A stretch of 64,000 bases of DNA. Source: a virus. Below, piece by piece: positions 38,871 through 48,472 of this stretch. The stretch lies in the UHGV virus genome UHGV-0371278; one strand, given 5' to 3'. Made by a program: the position numbers and the translations under genes. The notes under the pieces are model-generated. The model was not told where the DNA came from. It ran no database searches and saw only the letters and a program-made list of their open reading frames with translations. The stretch's first letter is position 1, and each line of letters starts with the position of its first letter.

Positions 38871-38978
38871 GATGATGGCCAGATCAACGGCGGCAAACTT
38901 CAAGCTGAAGAATCCGCCATGGATATTGGCCCTTATCACATCGGCCACGAGTCGGCGCGCGTATGTTTTTCGGTTCAT
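38841..38978 (-). CDS. small hydrophobic protein (45 aa), not in ORF track
   Basis: ATGA overlap with upstream gene stop (38975-38978); GAGG RBS; C-terminal TM-like segment. Confidence 0.35.
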   Translation of the reverse strand: MNRKTYARRLVADVIRANIHGGFFSLKFAAVDLAIIGVSILIAFG

Positions 38979-39181
38979 TTCACGAGCCTCGACAGAGCGT
39001 CCACCAGGGCGCGAAGATCGGCGACGAGCTCAGGCGAACAATCTTTCGCCTTCTTCCCTTTCTCGCTGCGCTGGACAGAATAGGCTATGGCGGCTGCCTG
39101 TTTCGGGTCTTTCCCTGCTTCAATCTCCCGCTTGATGTTTTCAGAACGGGCTTCATTGGAAGTTCCATGGACTAACGGCAT
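38975..39181 (-). CDS. hypothetical small protein
   Basis: ORF in head operon. Confidence 0.4.
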   Translation of the reverse strand: MPLVHGTSNEARSENIKREIEAGKDPKQAAAIAYSVQRSEKGKKAKDCSPELVADLRALVDALSRLVK

Positions 39182-39200
39182 ATCGCACTCCTATCGACGA

Positions 39201-40040
39201 CTAAATGATTGGGATTTTTCTGCACCGGCAGTTAATCGCCCAACCTGGCGGTCCTTGGTCGGCCTTTGGACCTTCCCAAAGTCTAGGGTCATTCAGTTTG
39301 AATCTTTTCCCGTCCTTTTCCAGGTGGGTATGGCGAGGTGTCTTTCCTGCCGAAGAGTGCATCCATTCAAACTCTTCGACTCCATTCTCTGCCATTCTCT
39401 CATCACTCAACGAGCTGTAAAGTTTACTGGTTTGATCTCTTGCGATGAGTTCGATTCGGTTTTCAGAAAACTTTCCGACTTCTCTAAGTGCATTTGTTAT
39501 CCCGGAAGTTCCTTGCTCCTCTGGGTTTGGAGAAGTCAGCGACAACATCACAGATGTGTAAATTTTCTCGTGGACTTCCTCTTGAATGTTGGTGATGAGG
39601 GTATGGTTGTAAGTAGTCGCGGCTTCCAGGGTGTTCCTGACGCTTTCGTTGTATGAAGCTCGCGGCTGATCGACACCAGCCACCGACAGGCTATGCAGAG
39701 TCGCAGCGGTCGCGGCTTCGTCGGCCAGATTGACGAACTCCGGGGCGATCTTGGCCGCGAAACCTTCAAAGATGCGATTCCATCGCTGCTGAAGGCTTCG
39801 CAGAGTCATCTTGAACAGGACGTTCACAGATTCGTCTTTCGCGAAGAACCGTTCGGCCGCAGGCTGGGATAAGGCCTTTTCAATTTCACTTCGATAATCG
39901 GCGATCATGAGTTTGGTAATATCCTTCATTTGCTTTCGATACCAGGCTTCGATTCCAGCAGAAGGAATTATGGGCTTGCCTCTTCCGACTGGAAGAGGCG
40001 CCCGGCGTTCGCGTTTCTTGGAGGCTTTGAACGCCATCAC
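39201..40040 (-). CDS. head morphogenesis protein, Mu gpF / SPP1 gp7-like
   Basis: C-terminal ...GWAINCRCR motif characteristic of the Mu-F-like family; ATGA overlap with portal. Confidence 0.7.
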   Translation of the reverse strand: MMAFKASKKRERRAPLPVGRGKPIIPSAGIEAWYRKQMKDITKLMIADYRSEIEKALSQPAAERFFAKDESVNVLFKMTLRSLQQRWNRIFEGFAAKIAPEFVNLADEAATAATLHSLSVAGVDQPRASYNESVRNTLEAATTYNHTLITNIQEEVHEKIYTSVMLSLTSPNPEEQGTSGITNALREVGKFSENRIELIARDQTSKLYSSLSDERMAENGVEEFEWMHSSAGKTPRHTHLEKDGKRFKLNDPRLWEGPKADQGPPGWAINCRCRKIPII

Positions 40041-42334
40041 TTACCTCCAAATGGCTTCGTCGTGTCGCCATTTGCCAGCCAACGACGGAAGGCGGGCAGA
40101 TCAACTTCATGGATGGAGCCGAGTCCATCCCAGCCCGGACGGAAGCAAGACAGATATCCAGACTTGGCGTCGTTAATGTTGTTGAAGCCGAGCATACACT
40201 TGTGCTCGTCAAACTGACCTTCCTTGTTCACCTGGTTGACGACGAAGACCCGTTTGGATCCCAGATTCGGACCGACGAAGCAATCGACTTCATCCCCATC
40301 AGCGCCTTTCGTTCCCTTGATGAACCCGTAGTGGTGCTTCATCTGGACTCGCCAGCTCCCGTCCTTCCCTTGCCGGATGCTTCCGCGCGGATTTTCGATC
40401 AAGGTGGTTATTCCATTCACCTTGATTCTCTGGAGTTCCGAATGATCACGAGGCCCGACGATGCGGTTGGACGAAAACACTGAAGGCTCCATGCCAGACA
40501 CGCCAGGTTTGGACGTGCGCTTTAAGCCAGGCGCATCATTGTGCTCTATGTCTACGCCGTCCGGCGCCTTAATGTCGTCCAGGTCTTGGAGCTTCGACAA
40601 AAGATCGACCAACAAGTTCCGCAGCTCGGCCTTGGGGTCCGGCCGCGACGGCGGTTCAGCGGCCTCGCTGGCCCCTTCCTCGGCCGCTTTCGCGAGGGGC
40701 TTAGTCGCGCGTGGAGCGGCGGGAACCGGGCCGCCTGCGCCCTCTACGGCTCCCGCCTGGGCTTCGGCTCGCTCGGCTTCGCCTTTCGCCTTGACCGACT
40801 GTGCACCGGCCTTCTCGAATTCGGCCAGGTTTTCCGGAGACATGCCCGGTTCGGTTTCTGCCTGATCGTCGGTGAGTCGGTTGTAGCCGGAACGCGGATC
40901 GTCGCGCAGACGCTCGCGAACTTCATCCGGAGACACAACGCCAGAGTTGATGTAGATTTCGTCGGTAGCGGCTTTCTTGTTGTTCAATTCGGCTTGTTGC
41001 TGGCTGGACGTGGAGTCTACAGGATTCCAGACGATTTCCAGCTGCACATCGATTTCTTCCGACTTCGCCAGAAGCAAATAGTGACGTTCGAGAAGTGGGT
41101 CGAATATGTGCTCCTGAATGGATTCCAACTCTTCGTGATAAGAAATCGTCTCATGCTCGCCAGTAGCATTGAAACCTTTCGGCGAAGTGCCGAGCAACTT
41201 CGTGGCTGGAGTCTTGGCGATGGCTGCGACCAGCTGATATTGGTTCATGATGACGCTGTCGAAGTCGGCCAAGTTCGTATCGAACTGCTCCATGGCTTCA
41301 TCAATACCCAAAACTTTCACGCCGTGGTTATCGCGATTGGCGATCCAGAACGCCAGGCGGGCGTTGAAGGCATCTTCATTCGCAATGGCCTTTTCCACAT
41401 CAACATGAATGGTGCTGGTTCGCTTCGACATCGCCAGCAGCGGCGCTTCGTTCGCGGTCCGCTCGGCCGCATATACGCGCTCATAAATGCGCTGGGTAAG
41501 CGGGATGCCGCCGAAGAGATATGTTGGCTTCAGGATATCTGGCGGCTGCGGCCCGCGAACGACTACCAGGTGGCTGCGGTGATATTTCTTCCCGCTGATG
41601 ATCCAAAAATCGGGCTCATAGAAGTGTTCTGCAGACGGGTCGGCCGTCGAGGCTGCTGTGAGCTGCGGCATCGCCCAATACGGGTCTATCTGGGAGATTC
41701 CCTTGTAAGAGCCGGGGGTGATTCCATCGGGGTTGAATGGCTTCTCATAGTAGTCCGGATCGTCGGACTCAACGACGAACAGTGCGATGCGAACGCCGAA
41801 GACGTTTTTGAATCGGTTCAACTCGACGATGTTGTCTTTGACGCGAAACTCCATGTCGCGCCGAGCGATCAGCGCGCTTTGCTCATCGGATAGCTTCCGG
41901 CCGTCCGACTTGAGTTCCCATCCGTTCCGTGCTGCGTCTTCGCCTGACATGGAGCAGGCTTTGTCCACCAACCAGTGCTGAGAAATGATGGCGCAAGCTT
42001 GGTGTCCGATGAAGCCTTGGGAGTTGTACCAGTCCTGCAACATGGTCGGAACTACATAGGGATTCTGGCCGCCCGCAGCAGCCTTCGCGGCCGGAGTCGG
42101 TCCGTCACCATACGCGCTGTCCATTGCGACGGATAGGCCCGGTTCCAGAAAATCCTTCACGCTACGGATGACCGGGGTTTTCTCCGGCTCGACGTTCCAG
42201 CCGCGAATCCTTCCCAGCTTGATCATGGGGTCGAGCGGATCGTGTTGAGGGATTTGTGCGACTTTCTCCGGCGCCGATTCAGAACAGGCAGCATTATCCT
42301 TTTTGCGCCCGAATATCCAGGAAAGTTTAAACAT
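40037..42334 (-). CDS. portal protein with C-terminal family I inorganic pyrophosphatase-like domain
   Basis: 765 aa; N-terminal about 450 aa portal-like; C-terminal about 150 aa (about 40040-40510) align to E. coli Ppa including YGFI and DGDEVDCFV (DGDPVDVLV) catalytic Asp cluster. Confidence 0.7.
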   Translation of the reverse strand: MFKLSWIFGRKKDNAACSESAPEKVAQIPQHDPLDPMIKLGRIRGWNVEPEKTPVIRSVKDFLEPGLSVAMDSAYGDGPTPAAKAAAGGQNPYVVPTMLQDWYNSQGFIGHQACAIISQHWLVDKACSMSGEDAARNGWELKSDGRKLSDEQSALIARRDMEFRVKDNIVELNRFKNVFGVRIALFVVESDDPDYYEKPFNPDGITPGSYKGISQIDPYWAMPQLTAASTADPSAEHFYEPDFWIISGKKYHRSHLVVVRGPQPPDILKPTYLFGGIPLTQRIYERVYAAERTANEAPLLAMSKRTSTIHVDVEKAIANEDAFNARLAFWIANRDNHGVKVLGIDEAMEQFDTNLADFDSVIMNQYQLVAAIAKTPATKLLGTSPKGFNATGEHETISYHEELESIQEHIFDPLLERHYLLLAKSEEIDVQLEIVWNPVDSTSSQQQAELNNKKAATDEIYINSGVVSPDEVRERLRDDPRSGYNRLTDDQAETEPGMSPENLAEFEKAGAQSVKAKGEAERAEAQAGAVEGAGGPVPAAPRATKPLAKAAEEGASEAAEPPSRPDPKAELRNLLVDLLSKLQDLDDIKAPDGVDIEHNDAPGLKRTSKPGVSGMEPSVFSSNRIVGPRDHSELQRIKVNGITTLIENPRGSIRQGKDGSWRVQMKHHYGFIKGTKGADGDEVDCFVGPNLGSKRVFVVNQVNKEGQFDEHKCMLGFNNINDAKSGYLSCFRPGWDGLGSIHEVDLPAFRRWLANGDTTKPFGGK

Positions 42335-42500
42335 TTTAATTCCATGCGGTTGCTGGTTGTGTGCACTTATTATAGGGGAAACATCAAACGTTCAAAAGAG
42401 ATTCAAACATATACATCACATTAACAGTCGCAACTAATCAGTTATGAGAAAATAATTCTTACGGGAACTTTTCGGCAGATTAGACTCTAATTATCAACCA
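42335..42500. promoter_or_regulatory. AT-rich divergent promoter region (late portal operon leftward, accessory island rightward)
   Basis: 166-bp AT-rich spacer between divergent genes; TATAAT-like hexamer on minus strand. Confidence 0.4.
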
Positions 42501-42914
42501 ATGGAGATTAACATGAATCCTCTTCTTCCTATCGTACATATCGTGTTGAAGGACGGCGAAGTTCTGGGCGTGTTCGATTGCGACAAGTCGGCGCGTCTGT
42601 ACTGTAACGTGAAAGATGGCGTTTTGGATTCCTGGGTGGTGGAATCGCCGAATAGCTCGCGCTCGCGCCTCGTCACGAAAGAGCGCTATGAAGTTGGCGA
42701 TCACGTCATGTATCGCGACGAGCATGGAGAAGGACACGGCCGCATCCTGGCGGTCGAGCCTCGCGGCGAACGTGCTCGTGATGAGAAAGAGCTGTACAAC
42801 CTGTATCAGATCAGCAGCGACGATCCATCTGTGGAAATTTGGATGCTCGACGCAGACATCATCGGCATTTATCCCGACGAAAAGCGCTTCACTTCTGAAG
42901 AGCAGATGGAATAA
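42501..42914 (+). CDS. hypothetical protein
   Basis: GGAG RBS. Confidence 0.45.
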   Translation: MEINMNPLLPIVHIVLKDGEVLGVFDCDKSARLYCNVKDGVLDSWVVESPNSSRSRLVTKERYEVGDHVMYRDEHGEGHGRILAVEPRGERARDEKELYNLYQISSDDPSVEIWMLDADIIGIYPDEKRFTSEEQME

Positions 42915-42945
42915 AATCTGCTCATCTACCAAAGAGGGTGACGAA

Positions 42946-43269
42946 ATGGCAAGCATCACAGTATGGATCGCCACTGCTTTCCTTTGTACTGGCGATGGCT
43001 GTGTCCAGATGCCGGATCATACCAGCAGACGGTTCGACAGCAAAGCTCAGTGCGAAGACGTCATGCTAAGAGCGATTGATAAGATGTGGGAGCGACATCA
43101 GCTGGTTGTTCGGGCCGTTTGCACACCTTATTTCCTCAGCAGTACAGAAGTTCCCGGTTTTTACAGTCCGCCGCCCCAGCCGCCCACTGGTCTGAACCAT
43201 ATGTGGGACAGTTGGATTCGCGGCGGCAGCATCCCGTCTTATGAGCCGGGAAGGGGTTGGAGCGAATGA
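42946..43269 (+). CDS. hypothetical protein with N-terminal hydrophobic segment
   Basis: AGAGGG RBS; internal start of ORF 42616. Confidence 0.4.
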   Translation: MASITVWIATAFLCTGDGCVQMPDHTSRRFDSKAQCEDVMLRAIDKMWERHQLVVRAVCTPYFLSSTEVPGFYSPPPQPPTGLNHMWDSWIRGGSIPSYEPGRGWSE

Positions 43270-43469
43270 AGCCGCGCCGACCGGAAGTGCGGGTCAGCCT
43301 GGAAACTGCCCTGTGGATGTCGACATCCGCTGCTCTGCTCGCGGCGATAATCGCCGGCGCGGTTTTCCCGCCTTCGACGATTCAGTGTCCGGAAGAAAGA
43401 CCGCCTGCGGCCGAGCGCTTCCACCATCCGGAAAACAGCAAATTCTTCCCTCACACACAAAAAGGATAG
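43266..43469 (+). CDS. small membrane protein
   Basis: ATGA overlap with previous stop; GGAGCG RBS. Confidence 0.35.
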   Translation: MKPRRPEVRVSLETALWMSTSAALLAAIIAGAVFPPSTIQCPEERPPAAERFHHPENSKFFPHTQKG

Positions 43470-43474
43470 TGAGT

Positions 43475-43786
43475 ATGAAGTATGTAGTCCTGAAGATGAC
43501 TGTTCGTGGCATGTCGCGTGAAGTTCCTGTGATCTTCCCCGATCTAATCAGTCACGTGAACATGGCCGCGAGTGCGGTTGTGGCCCTCGATGCTGAGTGC
43601 GAAGGTTTCAAGAAAGCCGGCGACAAAGTTGACATCGCGGTGGTGTCGGCAGGCTTTCTGTCTTCGATGGATATCGATGCGAAATGCGACGGCCAGTCGG
43701 ACTCTTTGGGAGGTCTGAAGTCGAGGGAATCAGAGGACGACGAACTCATTCGCATGATCGACTACACCCATGGTTACGTCGGTTAA
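43475..43786 (+). CDS. hypothetical protein
   Basis: AAGGA RBS. Confidence 0.4.
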   Translation: MKYVVLKMTVRGMSREVPVIFPDLISHVNMAASAVVALDAECEGFKKAGDKVDIAVVSAGFLSSMDIDAKCDGQSDSLGGLKSRESEDDELIRMIDYTHGYVG

Positions 43787-44027
43787 GGCTCGCTGCCTTT
43801 CCTGCGACAGACGCGCCGTCCTGGACGAACGAAAACTGAAGTCGAAACGCCCACCAGCATGTAGGTGGTGTGGAGGATCGACATGGCGAATCGTCAAAGA
43901 AGTTACTTGTTACAGTTCGTGCAGGCATTATCCCCATAGGGCAGGATCGGTCGGATGCATCCTCGACCGCTCAGGCTCAACAACAATCGTCGAGCTTCCT
44001 GGAGTTCCAGACGATTTTCCTTTCTGA
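43770..44027 (+). CDS. putative zinc-ribbon protein
   Basis: CxxC...CxxC spacing; start uncertain. Confidence 0.3.
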   Translation: MVTSVKARCLSCDRRAVLDERKLKSKRPPACRWCGGSTWRIVKEVTCYSSCRHYPHRAGSVGCILDRSGSTTIVELPGVPDDFPF

Positions 44028-44034
44028 GGTAAGT

Positions 44035-44298
44035 ATGGCTACTAAGGCCGATTTGGAATTTGAAGTTCAGCAGCTTCGACGAGTCGTCAAATCTCGCGAA
44101 CGCGAAATTGAAGAGCTGCAGAGCCGACTGGAGCGCCATCGCGATATGATTCGCCGGGTCCGGCTCTATCTTTGGAGCCGTTTGCTGATCCATCGTCGGA
44201 CCGCCGAAACCCTGGAAGTCGGCGACAGCATTGCCAAGACCATCGCCGCGAAGCGTCACAGGTCGCGAACGACGTTCTTGGAATCATCCAGCATATGA
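44035..44298 (+). CDS. hypothetical coiled-coil protein
   Basis: GAGGT RBS. Confidence 0.35.
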   Translation: MATKADLEFEVQQLRRVVKSREREIEELQSRLERHRDMIRRVRLYLWSRLLIHRRTAETLEVGDSIAKTIAAKRHRSRTTFLESSSI

Positions 44299-44436
44299 AT
44301 GACTATTGCGACAGTTATGCTGAGTATGATTACAACGACGGCGCTGAGCATGGGTTCAAGATCGGCAGCGACATTTATTGATTGCCTGTGACCCGACGAA
44401 CGGTAGTGCGAAAGTGCTACCGTTTTTCCATTTCTG

Positions 44437-44463
44437 GCGTATAGTCAGCTCATCGAAACGAAC
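44437..44463 (+). promoter_or_regulatory. promoter-family copy (TATAGT ... TCATCGAAACGAAC)
   Basis: shared leader motif. Confidence 0.45.
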
Positions 44464-44484
44464 TTTCCAAACAGGAGAATCGAT

Positions 44485-45414
44485 ATGAACGCAGCAGCCA
44501 CCTTCAGCGGTTTCGACGATCTGGAATCCGAAATTGGATCCATCGAAATCTCGTCCGAAAAGCCCGCCACTCTGGAAGATGCGTCCATGGGTGCCAAAGA
44601 GAATCCATTCAAAGCGGTCAAGATGTACCGCGAAAAATGCATGAAGTGCGCAGGCACTGGAATATATCGCGGACCTTCCTCCTATGGGCACCAGTGCTTC
44701 GCCTGCGGCGGCGTCGGCTACAAAGAGTACAAAACCAGCCCCGAAGCACGCGCCAAGAGCCGGTCGAAGGCGGCTGAGAAGCGCCAGCAGAAACGCATGT
44801 CGGCCTTTGAGGCGAAACAAGCCAGCATCGCCAAGTTCGAGCAGGATCACCCGGACATCATCGAATGGTGGAGCGACAACAATTTCAGTTTCGCCTGCAG
44901 CCTTCGCGATTCGCTGTATCAGTGGGGTCGCCTGTCCGACAACCAGATTGCCGCCGCGAAACGCTCCATCGAGAGTCTGGCTAAGCACCGCGAAGAGCAA
45001 AAGGCGAAAGTCGAGGCTCTTCCGACCCTGGACACTTCCGGCATCGAAGAGGCTTTCGATAAGGCCAAAAATTCCGGCATCAAAAGCCCGAAGCTGCGCC
45101 TGGCCGGCGAAGGCGAAGACCCGTTGCTTGTGGTGATCAAAGAAGCGAGCGTAAACAGCCGCAACTACGGAAGCTTGTACGTCATCGGCGATGTGTACCT
45201 GGGCAAGATCACTGGCGGCAAGTTCATCAAAAGCCGCGACTGCACCGACACTGAGAACGAAGAGATTCTGAAGATGTTCGAAAGGCCAATGGAATCGGCA
45301 GTCGCCTACGGTCGGAAGACTGGTCAATGCTCCTGCTGCGGTCGCGAGTTGACCAACCACGCATCCATCGAAATGGGAATCGGCCCTATCTGCGCCGGAA
45401 AGTTCTTCGGATGA
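44485..45414 (+). CDS. DnaJ-type zinc-finger (CxxCxGxG x2) protein
   Basis: CMKCAGTG...CFACGGVG and C-terminal CSCCGRE...PICAGK. Confidence 0.5.
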   Translation: MNAAATFSGFDDLESEIGSIEISSEKPATLEDASMGAKENPFKAVKMYREKCMKCAGTGIYRGPSSYGHQCFACGGVGYKEYKTSPEARAKSRSKAAEKRQQKRMSAFEAKQASIAKFEQDHPDIIEWWSDNNFSFACSLRDSLYQWGRLSDNQIAAAKRSIESLAKHREEQKAKVEALPTLDTSGIEEAFDKAKNSGIKSPKLRLAGEGEDPLLVVIKEASVNSRNYGSLYVIGDVYLGKITGGKFIKSRDCTDTENEEILKMFERPMESAVAYGRKTGQCSCCGRELTNHASIEMGIGPICAGKFFG

Positions 45415-45515
45415 TCCATCTTACAATCAAAGTCACGGCCTGGTTCGCCCTTCTATGGGCGACCGGCTTGGCCCTCATAACCTTTGCCATCCACTTCTGC
45501 TACTGAGGATTATCC

Positions 45516-46004
45516 ATGGATACCGTCGCTGATCCGATGAAGGACAAAATCACGCTGCAAGGCCTGGGCTTCATCCAGGTCCAGCTTCCGGCAGGCCGCC
45601 TCCATGTATGGCATCCGGAGCTGCCGCGCCGGATTTGCTTCCATCACTCTTCCATCCACGATCATCGATTCGATTTCGAGTCCTTGGTTCTGGTTGGGTC
45701 TATGGAGAACATAAACTATTACGTTGACCGTTCGGCGCGCCTCTGTGAATTGACTCATGAAGGGTATGAGCACTCTTCGGCTCGCCAGGCCTGTGGCGGT
45801 CGCGGTTGGGAGCCTGTAGGCTCTGTATGCCTGCGCCAGAGGCAAGAATTCATCATCGGCGCCGGACAGCAATACTCGATGTCGGCTTATGTCCCTCACA
45901 GGACGAATCCGCTCGGTGACGGTCGCGTGGCCACTCTCATTCGAAAGGGCGCCGTTCACAAATGGCCGGCCACTTCCTATGTGACCCTGGGAGTCGACCA
46001 CTGA
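45516..46004 (+). CDS. cupin-like metal-binding protein
   Basis: HDHRFDFESLVLVG fits cupin motif 1 HxH(x)4E(x)5G. Confidence 0.35.
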   Translation: MDTVADPMKDKITLQGLGFIQVQLPAGRLHVWHPELPRRICFHHSSIHDHRFDFESLVLVGSMENINYYVDRSARLCELTHEGYEHSSARQACGGRGWEPVGSVCLRQRQEFIIGAGQQYSMSAYVPHRTNPLGDGRVATLIRKGAVHKWPATSYVTLGVDH

Positions 46005-46119
46005 AACCGACTTCGACCGTTATCAGTGGTCGGCTCCGACGCTCTGGGAAGTCGTCACTGATGTCCTCGGCGGCGCAGAGTTCCAAATCCCATCCATTCC
46101 TTGACCGAAGGAACCTAAA

Positions 46120-46557
46120 ATGAAGAAATTCTGTATCGACATCACCAATGGTCTGGCCGGCTTCATCATCTGGGGCGGCGCCATCGTCCTAGCGGCTTCC
46201 GTCTTCATCATCGGTCCGCTGGCGCTCCTGCTGACCGGCGCCTGGGTCGTTTGCACGGCAGTGGTGTTCGCACTCTGGTTCGCCGTCGCCGGCATCTACG
46301 AAGAGTCGCAAAAGCAGACCGAGTATTTGAAATCCATAGCATCTATCCAGGCACGCGAGCGCGGCGCCGGCTTTGGTCCAGAAGACTCCGGGCCAAGCAC
46401 CAGCGCTCCGGCGAATCCGGTAGAGCCAAAACTCAGCCACCCCAAGCTGAAGCCTGGCGCACAATTGGCCTCTGCAGTTGTGTTCTTCGCAGTTATCGTC
46501 GTTGTCCTGGCCGCAGGCGACTGGATCTGGAACTATTTCCAGGCTCTTACGAAATAA
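46120..46557 (+). CDS. membrane protein (2+1 TM segments)
   Basis: hydrophobic helices. Confidence 0.45.
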   Translation: MKKFCIDITNGLAGFIIWGGAIVLAASVFIIGPLALLLTGAWVVCTAVVFALWFAVAGIYEESQKQTEYLKSIASIQARERGAGFGPEDSGPSTSAPANPVEPKLSHPKLKPGAQLASAVVFFAVIVVVLAAGDWIWNYFQALTK

Positions 46558-46568
46558 TGGAAGAAAAT

Positions 46569-46620
46569 GCTTTACTCCACTCTGGATGAAGGCAGAATAG
46601 CTCCATCGAAACGCGAAACC
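46569..46620 (+). promoter_or_regulatory. promoter-family copy
   Basis: GCTTTACT ... CATCGAAACGCGAAACC. Confidence 0.5.
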
Positions 46621-46641
46621 TTCAAACAAAAGGAACCGACC

Positions 46642-47421
46642 ATGACCGACCAGAACGAATTCACTCCTGAAGCCATCGAGAAGGCGAAAGATCGCATTCG
46701 CAAGCTGACCGCAATGGCGGCCGACTCGTCCAGTCCGCACGAAGCGGCCATCGCGGCCGAGCGGGTGAAGAAGTTAAAGGACAAATATGATCTTCACGAC
46801 TTCGAAGCGACCGGCGAGATTCGCGAAGAATTCGACGAGCAAATTGCTACCCGTTACTATTCCGCAATCCCGAACTGGATGAAGTTCTTCTCGGTGGCCG
46901 TGGCGACGTACAATGATTGCATCATGGATTTCGTCGGCGGCATCAACAATCACCGAGCATCGGCTAAGGCGTCCAGGAGCGCTCGCGACGGCAGCACCAC
47001 CAAGCGCTGGGGTCATGCCGTTCGATTTAAAGGCTACAAATCTGACGTTGAGCTGGCGGTAAACATGTTCAACTCCCTGGTCGATGCAGTAGACCGTCTG
47101 TGCCGGGAATATCAGAAGGCTCAAGGTTTCGAGCGGTTCAACGTCAAGGTCGCCGCGCAATTTAAGCTCGCCGCGACCCAGGAAATCAGCTATCGCCTCC
47201 AATCCATCACCCGGAAACGTATGGAGCTGGTTTCTTCGGCCGGAACGTCTCTGGTGGTGGTTAAGGAAGCTGCGGTCCACGAACATTTCGGCGATCCGGG
47301 TTACAAGAAGTCGAATGTTACCAAACTCATGCGTCTGGACGACAGCGACGGTCGGCGCGCCTACACTGCCGGGACCAATGCCGGTCGCAACATGGAAATC
47401 GTTCGGTCGGTGGAGGATTAA
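46642..47421 (+). CDS. DUF2786-like N-terminal domain protein
   Basis: N-terminal KAKDRIRKLTAMAADSSSPHEAAIAAERVKKL pattern. Confidence 0.45.
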   Translation: MTDQNEFTPEAIEKAKDRIRKLTAMAADSSSPHEAAIAAERVKKLKDKYDLHDFEATGEIREEFDEQIATRYYSAIPNWMKFFSVAVATYNDCIMDFVGGINNHRASAKASRSARDGSTTKRWGHAVRFKGYKSDVELAVNMFNSLVDAVDRLCREYQKAQGFERFNVKVAAQFKLAATQEISYRLQSITRKRMELVSSAGTSLVVVKEAAVHEHFGDPGYKKSNVTKLMRLDDSDGRRAYTAGTNAGRNMEIVRSVED

Positions 47422-47423
47422 CC

Positions 47424-47858
47424 ATGGGCTTTCCTAGCGACAAAGTGATGCTGCGAATCGTCCAGTCCATCCTCGCGATCCTCATCGGGATCGCTTGGGC
47501 CTGCGCCGACTATGGAGTCGTGGCCGCCGAACTTCCTCCATCGCTGCAGGCCCATCCCGCAAGGCCAGGGTACAGCGAAGTCTCGGCCCGCGACCCTAGG
47601 CTGGTCGAGGCCGAAAAAGCGCGGGAAGAGGCCTTAGAATATGTCCTGTCGCTGCGCCCGGAAGTTATCGAGGCGAAAGCCCGCTTCGCGGCCGAGGCGG
47701 CGCAGCAAGGAATGTCCACTAAGAAGTATGCTGAGGTGCATAGCCAAGCCAGAATGCTCACAGGAACGCTATTGGCGTTTGCAGTATTTATGTTGGCTGG
47801 AACGCTATTGACGTTTGCAGTCTTCTTGTTCATCTTCATCAAAACGACCAGGCTTTGA
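47424..47858 (+). CDS. membrane protein
   Basis: internal 23-bp direct repeat encoding GTLLAFAVF/GTLLTFAVF. Confidence 0.4.
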   Translation: MGFPSDKVMLRIVQSILAILIGIAWACADYGVVAAELPPSLQAHPARPGYSEVSARDPRLVEAEKAREEALEYVLSLRPEVIEAKARFAAEAAQQGMSTKKYAEVHSQARMLTGTLLAFAVFMLAGTLLTFAVFLFIFIKTTRL

Positions 47859-47903
47859 ATAGGCCTGGGCGGACCACAAACCCCCAGCCAAAAGAGAATC
47901 ACC

Positions 47904-48254
47904 ATGAAGAAAGAACCGATTCACCTCAGCTCTATGGCCTCGGCCCGCGCCATCGATGCGGAATTCGCATTCCGGATGGACGAGTTCATGGCGCGCGTAG
48001 CGAAAGAGCACGAAGCGCTCGCCGCTCGTCTGAATGCCGAGAATGAAGCGCTCTGGGGCGAAATCCGCGCTGTCGCCGGCCTGAGTGCCACCGACTTCCC
48101 GAACATCGCCATGGCGCACGACACTTCCGATGGGAAGCTCTATGTCATGGACGCCGACGAGTTGGAGCGCGTCCGCCAGGCCTGCCCGTGCCCGGACTGC
48201 GCATCCGCTCGCGCAGAAAGAATGCCGTCGCAAGCCAGTGGAGGGATTCACTAA
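47904..48254 (+). CDS. hypothetical protein
   Basis: ORF tiling. Confidence 0.35.
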   Translation: MKKEPIHLSSMASARAIDAEFAFRMDEFMARVAKEHEALAARLNAENEALWGEIRAVAGLSATDFPNIAMAHDTSDGKLYVMDADELERVRQACPCPDCASARAERMPSQASGGIH

Positions 48255-48472
48255 TGGCTCTGAAGCTATCTTCCGTTCACGTTCGAATCGACGGACCTGA
48301 CGGAAAGGTTCTGTCGGAAGGCCGCGCAGAGTTCTCCGGAACTGCATTTTGGATCGCTGCGCAACGCGAAATGCAGCTCAGGCACCTCGTCGGAACTTCA
48401 TTCGAAGGTGCCCTGACCTATTTGGCCGATAACGGCTATAACGTAACATTCAGCAAAGGTGAAAAGCGATGA
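48254..48472 (+). CDS. hypothetical protein
   Basis: TAATG overlap. Confidence 0.35.
   Translation: MALKLSSVHVRIDGPDGKVLSEGRAEFSGTAFWIAAQREMQLRHLVGTSFEGALTYLADNGYNVTFSKGEKR

Noticed and set aside
40541-41893. 450-aa plus-strand ORF
   Set aside because: Antisense to portal gene.
44356-45360. 334-aa minus-strand ORF
   Set aside because: Antisense to the plus-strand zinc-finger gene, which is preceded by a promoter-family copy and a GGAG RBS.
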